Assembly: GCA_000724175.1 (NCBI GenBank)
Contig: JPGV01000018.1
Location: forward strand, 15,647-79,646
DNA from: [Candidatus Thermochlorobacteriaceae] bacterium GBChlB
GTDB taxonomy: Bacteria; Bacteroidota; Chlorobiia; Chlorobiales; Thermochlorobacteraceae
DNA: 64,000 bases
Direction of reading: 5' to 3'
The notes beneath the pieces were generated by a model. It saw nothing but the letters and a program-made list of their open reading frames with translations. It was not told where the DNA came from and made no database searches. Below are positions 18,318-26,346 of the stretch, piece after piece (positions within the stretch are counted from its first letter, which is position 1; every line of letters starts with the position of its first letter). Made by a program: the position numbers and the translations under genes.

Positions 18318-19667
18318 ATGAAAAACACATCGCTCTTGGTGGCGCTCTGTGGTGTCTTTTTCCTTGAACGCGCAGCCGCTCAAACGCCGAAAGCGGACAC
18401 CGATAAGCAACAACTCTTTCAATCGTTTTCAGTGCTCGAGAACGATGCGACAAAAATCCGCGACAAGTCCTTGCGCGAGTGGCAAGGGTTCGGCGATTCG
18501 CTCGTTAAAAAAGCAGAATCGTTAATCACCGCCGATGAAAAACGAGCGTTGCAGAAAGGCGTCAGCGACTGTGCGGCAAAACTAACATCAGTAGCCGATA
18601 TGTTTTTGAAGCGGCAATCGCGCGCGATCGACAGTGCTAGGAAAGCGTTTCAGTCGCAGCCGTTTTCGAAAATTAAAGAACCCGCCGCCGAATTTCTAGA
18701 ATCCGAGCAGGAACTCTTAGACACATTCAAGAGCGAGTTGAGCGATATGAGCGACGTCTTTTCCGACTCGCTTTACGATGTAGCGGAGGCAATGCTACTG
18801 GCGAAAACCGAAGATATTGACCCGGCGTTGCTCAACGCGGAGAAGAGTAACGCGATTGCCGCAAGCCTTGCCGATGAAATACCTGACAACGCACCGTTTC
18901 CCCAGTGGTCAATCTCAACAACCTATCAGGGACGAGCATATTGGCGCGGCATTGACCAGAACGACCAAAACGCAAGTTCATACACTGACATTGCCTATAC
19001 GCACCCGATTGGACTTTACGCCAGCATAGGCGTGACGGGACTTTTCGGACAAAGCAATTTCTTCGACCAACTCACGCTAAGCGCAGGTTACCAAAAAGCT
19101 ATCGCCGAAAAACTAACGGTCGTGCTCTCATACTCGCGGTATTTTTATGACCAGAACAGCGTGCAAGTGCGGTCAGCGTATACGGATAATCTCGGCGCGA
19201 CGGTCTCATACATCACCCCGATTGTAACGCCGTCTATCTCGTTCAACTACTTGTTTGCATCGGGCGGCGGCGATGCGTTCTTGTCGTTCCTGCTAACGCG
19301 CTCGTTTTTCATTGACGACGTGCTGGGCGGCACGATTTCAATTGACCCCAGCGCAAGTTTGGACTTTGGCACATTGCAGTCAATTACGCAACGCGCCACC
19401 GTGATTCAGCAGCGAAATCAACTGCCGCGCGTTCAGCCTACTGCCCGCATCGACAGCCGATTCGTGATTACGAACTACAATCTCTCGCTTGGTGTCTCGT
19501 ATCTCGTTGGGATTTTTGCTTTTACGCCCGAACTCTCGCTCACGGTTCCCGTCAATGTCAGCACCGTAACCATCGTTAATCCCTTGCGCCCAAGCCAAAC
19601 GCGAACAGAACGGGTGGAAACGCCGCCAGCGTTTTTTCTCACGATTAGCGCGGGCGTGATGTTTTAG
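18318..19667 (+). CDS. Hypothetical outer-membrane protein (signal peptide, helical N-domain, C-terminal beta-barrel-like half)
   Basis: 449 aa with signal peptide MKNTSLLVALCGVFFLERAAAQ. The C-terminal half shows alternating beta-strand patterns and the protein ends in F. Confidence 0.5.
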   Translation: MKNTSLLVALCGVFFLERAAAQTPKADTDKQQLFQSFSVLENDATKIRDKSLREWQGFGDSLVKKAESLITADEKRALQKGVSDCAAKLTSVADMFLKRQSRAIDSARKAFQSQPFSKIKEPAAEFLESEQELLDTFKSELSDMSDVFSDSLYDVAEAMLLAKTEDIDPALLNAEKSNAIAASLADEIPDNAPFPQWSISTTYQGRAYWRGIDQNDQNASSYTDIAYTHPIGLYASIGVTGLFGQSNFFDQLTLSAGYQKAIAEKLTVVLSYSRYFYDQNSVQVRSAYTDNLGATVSYITPIVTPSISFNYLFASGGGDAFLSFLLTRSFFIDDVLGGTISIDPSASLDFGTLQSITQRATVIQQRNQLPRVQPTARIDSRFVITNYNLSLGVSYLVGIFAFTPELSLTVPVNVSTVTIVNPLRPSQTRTERVETPPAFFLTISAGVMF

Positions 19668-19757
19668 AAACAGAGTGCATTGTGGGTCATGCAAGACTAT
19701 TGTCATTGGAATTTATTGCTAATGTAATACGGATATAACTTGAAGCAGATAGAGTTT

Positions 19758-19831
19758 GTCATTCTGACTCCCGCAAAGCGGGATGAAGAATCCAAGGATA
19801 AAGATGGATTCCTCGCGTCGCTCGGAATGAC
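19758..19831. repeat. Inverted pair of a short REP-like element (gtcattcYga ... gaRgaatcc termini)
   Basis: Arm A is 19758-19793, gtcattctgaCTCCCGCAAAGCGGGATgaagaatcc, with an internal 6-bp hairpin. Arm B is 19806-19831 and its reverse complement is gtcattccgagcgacgcgaggaatcc. Confidence 0.75.
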
Positions 19832-19951
19832 ACCGCGGTAAAATCTACTCCTCTTCTAATTATTTTGGGGTAACAACGCAATGTTCCTCCGCACAATAGC
19901 GCGACAAATCGTGTGAGGAAGAGTCGAGGGGCGTTCAGACAGGCCTTGTTC

Positions 19952-20722
19952 TTAGCGTTGAAGGCGAAGCCGAAGCTTCGCCATCTGTCGTTGTTGTTGG
20001 AGCTGTGATTGTCGCTGCAAAGAGCCTGTCTTTGGCGCGTTTTGTGGTCTTTGCAGTTTCTTTTGCATTTGTTCGCGACGCCTTTGAATGAACTTCATCC
20101 CTTTGTCGCTGTCGGTGCGGAGTGTTTTCAATCGCTCGCCGAAAGTTTTTCGCTCCGTAGCGCTGAGCAATCGGCGGAGCGGTCTGCCCTCTCGGGTAAA
20201 TCGCACGCGTTCACCGATGCCAAGTTTTTCCGTGCGGTTGTCTTTGAGCCGTGTCAGGTCGGCGATGTCGTCGTTGCGGTCGCTGGAAAAAATGCTGAGT
20301 TCGGTTTCATCGTTGCTGACTTCAAATTCGCCTTCTGTGCCTTTGATGGCGCCGACTGCCGTTGGCGAAACAAACTTGAACGGCTCGGCAGGATTGGTTT
20401 TAATGGCAAACGTCAGTTTTCCCGTTTGGACATCAGTTGCACGCGCGCCCGCGAGTTTGATTTGCGACTCGGCCTTTAAATTGAGCAGCGTTCCGTCGTT
20501 GAACCGAATCACGCATGATGAAACCGCCATGGTGCGCAGCGAAAAGCCTGCGGACAAGTCCAATCCGCGTTCTGCCTTCGTCCATGTGTTTCCGTCCGTG
20601 CTGCTTTCGACCGTGCCGACGGCTTTGACAAGCACGGCAATCGCATTGCTCGCTGATTCCTGCGCGAACCCGCTGGTAGAAATAAACGCGCTCAAAAAAC
20701 AAAGTAAACAAGTCCTTTTCAT
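19952..20722 (-). CDS. Exported FecR-domain-like protein with a Gln/Arg-rich C-terminal tail
   Basis: Start placed at the internal ATG (MKRTCLLCFLSAFISTSGFAQE signal peptide). A FecR-like segment follows (VLVKAVGTVESS...GLDLSAGFSLRTMAVSSCVIRFNDGTLLNLKAESQIKL). The domain call is tentative. Confidence 0.5.
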   Translation of the reverse strand: MKRTCLLCFLSAFISTSGFAQESASNAIAVLVKAVGTVESSTDGNTWTKAERGLDLSAGFSLRTMAVSSCVIRFNDGTLLNLKAESQIKLAGARATDVQTGKLTFAIKTNPAEPFKFVSPTAVGAIKGTEGEFEVSNDETELSIFSSDRNDDIADLTRLKDNRTEKLGIGERVRFTREGRPLRRLLSATERKTFGERLKTLRTDSDKGMKFIQRRREQMQKKLQRPQNAPKTGSLQRQSQLQQQRQMAKLRLRLQR

Positions 20723-20884
20723 TGCTGTGAAATTTTTGTGATGCTTTTTTATTTGATTTGAACGAAAGGTTTGACGCGCTGAAAACGACAAGGCTTAATG
20801 GGGCATAGGAGGGAAACATTTTAGCTGTGATAATTGTCTCTTGCTGTGAACGTCAGCACAGTTGTTCCAATCAATGACCAAGAA

Positions 20885-22144
20885 ATGAACGCAACCCGCG
20901 AGGAACTCGCTCGACGCTTTTTTGCCGTCCGACAACAGACCGAGGCGCTCTGCCAGCCGCTTTGTGTTGAAGACTACGTCGTTCAACCGATGGTTGATAT
21001 CAGCCCGCCGAAGTGGCATTTAGGACACACAAGTTGGTTTTTTGAAAAATTTTTGCTGGAGAAATTTTCCGCAAGTTACGCCCCACCGCAGCCGATTTAC
21101 AACTTTATGTTCAATTCTTACTACAATTCTATCGGCGTGCGTGTCGAGCGGCGTCAGCGCGGCGCATTGTCGCGCCCGACCGTCGAGGAGGTGTATCGGT
21201 ATCGGCACGACATCACGGCGCGGCTTGGCGAGTTGATTGAGTCCATTGACGAGTCCACGTGGAAAGACTTTCATGAATTGATGCTGCTGGGTATTCATCA
21301 CGAACAGCAGCATCAGGAATTGCTTGTTACCGACATCAAACACATTTTAGCGACGAACCCACTGCGTCCTGCTTATCACGCTGCCACACTGCCTACGCGC
21401 GCCGATACGCTGCCCGATACATTCATCAACATCGACAGCGGCGTTTATTGCATCGGCTACAACGGCAACGGGTTTTGCTTCGATAATGAACAGCCCGCGC
21501 ATAAAGTCTATGTCGATGCGTTCTCGTTGCAAAACCGTCTTGTAACCAACGGTGAATGGCTGGAGTTTATGGAGGACGGCGGATACAACGAGTTTCGGCA
21601 TTGGCTCTCCGACGGGTGGGACGCGGTGCAGCGCGAACAGTGGCGCGCGCCGCTCTATTGGGAAAACATTGACGGCGTTTGGCATGAAATGACGCTGTCA
21701 GGGTTAAGACCGATTGACCAATATGCACCCGTTTGCCACATCAGCTACTACGAAGCGGAAGCATTCGCAAGTTGGAAAGGAAAGCGGTTGCCAAGCGAAG
21801 CCGAGTGGGAAATTGCTTGTTCAGTTTTGGGCGCGAAGGCGTCGGGCGGAAATTTTTTAGAATCAGGTTACTTGCACCCAGTCGCCATCTCGGAAAACGA
21901 CCTGACGATGAAACAGCTCTTCGGCGATGTGTGGGAATGGACGGGCAGCGCGTATTTACCTTATCCGAACTACAAACACAGCTCGGACGCGCTGGGCGAA
22001 TACAATGGAAAATTTATGAGCAATCAAATGACGCTGCGCGGCGGTTCCTGTGCCACGCCCGAAAGCCACATCCGTGCAACGTATCGAAACTTTTTTCAGC
22101 CCGATAAACGCTGGCAGTTTACAGGCATGCGCCTTGCCTCATAG
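20885..22144 (+). CDS. egtB: Ergothioneine biosynthesis sulfoxide synthase EgtB (DinB-like + FGE-sulfatase domains)
   Basis: DinB-like N-domain with PKWHLGHTSWFFE and HHEQQHQELL. FGE-type C-domain with GDVWEWTGSAYLPYP and RGGSCATP. The ATG at 20885 is preferred over the TTG at 20834. Confidence 0.8.
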   Translation: MNATREELARRFFAVRQQTEALCQPLCVEDYVVQPMVDISPPKWHLGHTSWFFEKFLLEKFSASYAPPQPIYNFMFNSYYNSIGVRVERRQRGALSRPTVEEVYRYRHDITARLGELIESIDESTWKDFHELMLLGIHHEQQHQELLVTDIKHILATNPLRPAYHAATLPTRADTLPDTFINIDSGVYCIGYNGNGFCFDNEQPAHKVYVDAFSLQNRLVTNGEWLEFMEDGGYNEFRHWLSDGWDAVQREQWRAPLYWENIDGVWHEMTLSGLRPIDQYAPVCHISYYEAEAFASWKGKRLPSEAEWEIACSVLGAKASGGNFLESGYLHPVAISENDLTMKQLFGDVWEWTGSAYLPYPNYKHSSDALGEYNGKFMSNQMTLRGGSCATPESHIRATYRNFFQPDKRWQFTGMRLAS

Positions 22145-22200
22145 GGTAAAACACCGCCGTCGGCATCAGAGAACGCAACGAAGTTTAAACCAACGATGAC

Positions 22201-23250
22201 ATGATACACGAAAGCCTTAGAGCCGCAACGCTTACGCCGCCACCGACAGCGGCTATGATGGAATTTCTAAACGACGTCGTAGAAGGGCTCTCTGCAATGC
22301 CCAAGCGCATATCGAGCAAGTATTTCTACGACGATAAGGGAAGCCAATTGTTCCAAAAAATTATGGAACTGCCGGAGTATTATCTGACGCGAACCGAAGC
22401 GGAAATTTTGACTGTTCACAAGCAGGCAATTTTAGACATCATCGGAGACGAGCCGTTCAACCTTGTAGAATTAGGCGCAGGCGACGGTCAGAAAACCAGC
22501 ATCTTAATCCGGCATTTCTTGGAACGCTCCATTGAGTTTTACTTCGCGCCCATTGACATCTCCGAACACGCGCTCCTCACGCTTGCCAACGCACTTGCCA
22601 ACGAATTTCCCGACCTGCGCTTTCAGGGCATACACGATGAGTATTTCAACGGCGTTCGGCGCTTGAACAAGTTGTTTCAAAACGAGGGCAAGTCCTCAGA
22701 CAGCCGCGCGCATCGACGCAACATCGTGCTGTTTCTCGGCTCGAACATCGGCAACTTCAGCCGCGCCGACGCCATAGACTTCCTCAAACATCTACGCACA
22801 TCAATGCGCGAGGAAGATTACCTGCTCATTGGCTTCGATTTGAAGAAGGACGTGAAAGTGCTGCAAGCGGCATACGACGACGCGGCGGGCGTAACGCGGG
22901 CATTCAATATGAATGTGCTGACGCGCATGAACCGCGAACTCGGCGCTACCTTCTCCCTCGAGACATTTCAACACTACGCGACCTACAACCCGATGATTTC
23001 AGCGATGGAGAGCTACCTATTGAGCACAGAAGCGCAAAGCGTCTGGATTCAAACGGCAGGACGAGCGTTTCACTTCGATGCCTATGAGCCAATTCACACA
23101 GAATACTCGCACAAATACAGCCTACATGATATTCAAACATTTGCGTCGGAAGCAGGCTTTGAGGTCGTTTATCACTTCACCGATTCAAACAAGTATTTCG
23201 TCGATTCGCTCTGGCGCGTGAAGCCCGCCGCCAAGCCAAATTTTTCATGA
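22201..23250 (+). CDS. egtD: L-histidine N-alpha-methyltransferase EgtD
   Basis: 349 aa with SSKYFYDDKGSQLFQKIMELPEYYLTRTEAEIL and LVELGAGDGQKT (SAM-binding). The start may be the internal MM at 22255. Confidence 0.8.
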   Translation: MIHESLRAATLTPPPTAAMMEFLNDVVEGLSAMPKRISSKYFYDDKGSQLFQKIMELPEYYLTRTEAEILTVHKQAILDIIGDEPFNLVELGAGDGQKTSILIRHFLERSIEFYFAPIDISEHALLTLANALANEFPDLRFQGIHDEYFNGVRRLNKLFQNEGKSSDSRAHRRNIVLFLGSNIGNFSRADAIDFLKHLRTSMREEDYLLIGFDLKKDVKVLQAAYDDAAGVTRAFNMNVLTRMNRELGATFSLETFQHYATYNPMISAMESYLLSTEAQSVWIQTAGRAFHFDAYEPIHTEYSHKYSLHDIQTFASEAGFEVVYHFTDSNKYFVDSLWRVKPAAKPNFS

Positions 23251-23282
23251 GATTTTGCACATGAGATTTGGCGGTGCGGTGT

Positions 23283-23290
23283 TATCTTTG
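23283..23290 (+). promoter_or_regulatory. Candidate -7 box TATCTTTG (exact TAnnTTTG) for tig
   Basis: It ends 40 nt upstream of GTG 23331 and lies downstream of the track ORF start at 23268. This argues for the shorter tig start. Confidence 0.4.
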
Positions 23291-23330
23291 TCGTTCAAGT
23301 TGTCTTCAACCTTTAACTTTTTACCGCGCC

Positions 23331-24626
23331 GTGAACAACACGATTACAACACTCAGCCCGACCGAACAAGAAATGACGCTCACCTTTGAGCCGTCGGAAT
23401 TCAAGCCCGCTTTTGAAGAACAGTTCAAAGCGGCACAAGCCGTTGTCCAAATCAAAGGCTTTCGAAAAGGAAAAGTGCCGATGGACATGGTGAAGCGATT
23501 GATGGGAAAAGAAATCGAAGCAGATGTTGTTGAATCGTTGGCGGGAAAACACTTCACCGAAATCGCCACCAAAGAAAACATCAAACTTGTCGGCAAGGCG
23601 CGTGTGCGGCACTTTGAATACGTGCCAGAAGAAAAACTCTCGATTTTCGTCCAATACGAAGTGCAGCCCGAATTCGAGATAAAGCCCTACACCGAATATG
23701 AGTTCAAGAAAAGCGTTTATGAAATTACCGACGAAGATATTGAGCGCGAAGTGAAAGGACTGCTCGAAGAGCAGGGCGTTTGGGTCAGCAAAGATGGTGA
23801 AGCGGACGGAGAGGATTTGGTTATCGCCGATATGCAAAAATTAGACGCGGGCGGTATGGCAATCATCGGCGAGCGGTTCGAGAATCAAGAGTTTCACATG
23901 GCGCAATTAGTGTCAGAGTCAACGATAAAAAAAGCCTTCATCGGCGCCAAGAGCGGCGACGAGCGGCTGATTGACATAGAGATGCGCGATAAGACGGGAC
24001 AGCCGCAGCGGTCGCGGTTTAGAGCCACCGTCAAGGAAGTCAAACGGCTGGATTTGCCTGAACTCACCGATGCACTTGCCTCTGAACTGACACAAGGTAG
24101 CTTGACAACAGCGGACGCGCTCCGAGCCGACATTCGCGCCAAACTGACAGAGTACTACGAGCAAAAATCGGAGGACGACCTTGGGGAAGCCATCGCGCAG
24201 CAATTCGTCAAAGATAATGCTGTGCAGACCCCTGAATCTATGGTAAAATCGTTCGAGAATCTGCTCATTGAAAACGCCCGTCAGCGCGTCGGCGGACAGT
24301 TCCCGCGCAACTTCAACATCGACGCCTTCCGCCGCGAAATTCGTCCGAGCGCGGAACTGCAAGCAAAGTGGATGCTCATTCGCTACAAACTCGCCGAAGA
24401 AAACAACCTTAAAGTCGAAGAGCAAGATGTTCGCTCAATGGCAGAAAAAGAAGCCGCCGCAGCCGGTCAGCCCGTCGAAGCAGTCTTGCAAGCATATATG
24501 TCCGACAATGTCCGCGACTACGTGGTCGATAGAGTTATGCGCGATAAAGTGCTCAAATTCTTGAAGACGAAGGTCAAAATTACGCCCGAATCGAGACGCA
24601 TCATGGAAGTAACCGAAACGGTTTAG
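23331..24626 (+). CDS. tig: Trigger factor
   Basis: Ribosome-binding signature GFRKGKVP in the N-domain, followed by PPIase-like and C-terminal arm regions. I prefer GTG 23331 (VNNTITTLSPTEQEMTLTF); the track start is ATG 23268. Confidence 0.85.
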   Translation: MNNTITTLSPTEQEMTLTFEPSEFKPAFEEQFKAAQAVVQIKGFRKGKVPMDMVKRLMGKEIEADVVESLAGKHFTEIATKENIKLVGKARVRHFEYVPEEKLSIFVQYEVQPEFEIKPYTEYEFKKSVYEITDEDIEREVKGLLEEQGVWVSKDGEADGEDLVIADMQKLDAGGMAIIGERFENQEFHMAQLVSESTIKKAFIGAKSGDERLIDIEMRDKTGQPQRSRFRATVKEVKRLDLPELTDALASELTQGSLTTADALRADIRAKLTEYYEQKSEDDLGEAIAQQFVKDNAVQTPESMVKSFENLLIENARQRVGGQFPRNFNIDAFRREIRPSAELQAKWMLIRYKLAEENNLKVEEQDVRSMAEKEAAAAGQPVEAVLQAYMSDNVRDYVVDRVMRDKVLKFLKTKVKITPESRRIMEVTETV

Positions 24627-24660
24627 AATCTGACATAACGCGCGTTAATCAACAAATACG

Positions 24661-25068
24661 ATGTCCGCAGGCACACCAAGCGAGAAGTCGCTCAAAAAAG
24701 TTCAAAAGTTCGTTGAGCATTATTGGGAAAAATCTGGCACGTTTCCGCACCCCGATAAGGGCGTGGTCGAGGTCGTGGTGAACGGACTTGCGCAACATCT
24801 CGATGAACTCGGCAAGCCACTGTGTCCATGCAACTTTTACCCCGATAAAAAAGCCGAAGCCGAAAAACGCACGTGGATTTGCGCCTGCGAAGAAATGAAG
24901 GAATACAAGTATTGTCATTGCTTGCTCTTCGTCAATCCAGATGGACTGCCGATTACAGAATACTTGCCCGAAACTCACGAGGGACGCTTGACCTACGGAC
25001 TCGTCAAAGACCCAACGCCCAACAAAGGACGCGAGTCGACCAAAGTTACGCACCCGAATCGCGTCTGA
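24661..25068 (+). CDS. Ferredoxin:thioredoxin reductase catalytic-subunit-like protein
   Basis: 135 aa carrying the FTR-beta Cys pattern CPC...C-x-C...C-H-C (LCPCNFY, WICACEEM, YCHCLLF). Confidence 0.7.
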   Translation: MSAGTPSEKSLKKVQKFVEHYWEKSGTFPHPDKGVVEVVVNGLAQHLDELGKPLCPCNFYPDKKAEAEKRTWICACEEMKEYKYCHCLLFVNPDGLPITEYLPETHEGRLTYGLVKDPTPNKGRESTKVTHPNRV

Positions 25069-25170
25069 ATCAACCTGCCACGTGAAAACGAACAACCGCT
25101 TTGCGTCGTTGAGATAGGCTGAGGAAGTATGTTTGCAAACCGACCGCAGTAGAAGTAGGGTCATAAACCG

Positions 25171-25410
25171 ATGGAGAAACACATGGCTGAGAGCAACAAG
25201 AAAAACGACAATCGCACCGAAGTGCGTAAAATGCCCGACACGGTTCGCACCGCTGGTTCGGAGACCGTGCGCGACACTGATATGGGCACGATCCTGACGA
25301 AACCCAAAGTAACTGGCGAGGTCAAGAAAACCGTTGTCAAGGGCGGCAAGAAAATCCCTGATACAGTTCGCACCGCTGGGTCGGACGACATCATGGCGAC
25401 GGATAACTAA
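25171..25410 (+). CDS. Small Lys-rich hypothetical protein with a duplicated PDTVRTAGS motif
   Basis: 79 aa. The 27-nt repeats at 25234-25260 and 25357-25383 differ at 4 positions, and all four are synonymous third-codon positions (ccc/cct, gac/gat, acg/aca, ggt/ggg). This supports real coding. Confidence 0.6.
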   Translation: MEKHMAESNKKNDNRTEVRKMPDTVRTAGSETVRDTDMGTILTKPKVTGEVKKTVVKGGKKIPDTVRTAGSDDIMATDN

Positions 25411-25438
25411 CCGCGTTGGCTGGAAGCAATCGGGCGGC

Positions 25439-26218
25439 TCAACGGCTCTGCTTACTTAACCGCCCGATTTCATCTTCAATCTCAACATCGTGATAAGAAT
25501 TGCGGTCGACGAAGTTTCGGATGAGCGAATCTTTTGTGGCGGCAAGTTCATCGGGCGTTCCGAGAAAGTAGACTTTCCCGTCGTGCATCATAGCGACACG
25601 GTCAGCAACTTTATAGACGCTTTGCATATCGTGCGTAACGACGACCGATGTAACGCGCAACTGCTTGGCTAAGTCTCGAATCAATGTATCAATCGAGTCG
25701 GACATAATTGGGTCGAGTCCCGTCGTCGGCTCGTCATAGAAAATATAGCTCGGATTTGTCGCCAATGCCCGCGCCAGCCCAACGCGCTTGCGCATTCCGC
25801 CCGACAGTTCCGACGGCTTCAAGCGCTCAATGTTCGGCAGTCCAACCATCTCTAATTTTTCAGCGACGGTTTTAGCAATGTCTTTTTCAGACATCTGTCG
25901 ATTTTCGCGCAGCGCAATGCCGACATTCTCGCCCACCGACATTGAATCGAACAGCGCCGCACCTTGAAACAGCAAGCCAAATTTTAACCGCAACGCATAG
26001 AGGTCTTTCTCGGAGAGCCGCGAAATGATTTGACCATCGACAGCGACCTCGCCCTCGTCGGGCACAAGCAAGCCGACGATGTGTTTGAGCAAGACAGATT
26101 TCCCGCACCCGCTTCTGCCAATCACCACCATAGTTTCGCCCGTGCGAATGTCTAATGAGACGCCTTGCAAGACGCGCTTTTCGCGAAACGACTTTTTAAG
26201 ATTTGAAATGGTAATCAT
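25439..26218 (-). CDS. ABC transporter ATP-binding protein, MlaF/Ttg2A-like
   Basis: Walker A GRSGCGKS, signature LSGGMRKRVGLARAL and Walker B IFYDEPTTGLDP. Start placed at the internal ATG (MITISNLKKSF). Confidence 0.8.
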   Translation of the reverse strand: MITISNLKKSFREKRVLQGVSLDIRTGETMVVIGRSGCGKSVLLKHIVGLLVPDEGEVAVDGQIISRLSEKDLYALRLKFGLLFQGAALFDSMSVGENVGIALRENRQMSEKDIAKTVAEKLEMVGLPNIERLKPSELSGGMRKRVGLARALATNPSYIFYDEPTTGLDPIMSDSIDTLIRDLAKQLRVTSVVVTHDMQSVYKVADRVAMMHDGKVYFLGTPDELAATKDSLIRNFVDRNSYHDVEIEDEIGRLSKQSR

Positions 26219-26346
26219 AGGTCGTGTATCAACGTTGTGTTGGCGGTGAACCGCTGCCATCCAGCCCCAAAATAGATTGCGTCGCTACGCTCGCAATGAC
26301 TGTCGCGGGTTCTCTTTCGAAGTAGAAAGTAAGGCATGGGTGCGTC

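Noticed and set aside
20885-22144. Alternative reading of the EgtB-like gene as selenoneine synthase SenA or ovothiol synthase OvoA.
   Set aside because: There is no SelD-like (senC) or glycosyltransferase (senB) neighbour and no C-terminal SAM-methyltransferase fusion. It is directly followed by an EgtD methyltransferase, so EgtB is the economical call. Phylogeny is still needed.
23268-23330. Longer N-terminal extensions offered by the ORF track. Examples are tig from 23268, oxidoreductase from 59297, bioY from 34641, gamma-CA from 4890, TPR from 63329, GT paralog B from 40240 and the STAS gene from 30397.
   Set aside because: The extensions are Cys/Arg-rich or overlap the upstream gene or a candidate -7 box. 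Internal starts give canonical family N-termini (signal peptides, MKK.., ATGA couplings).
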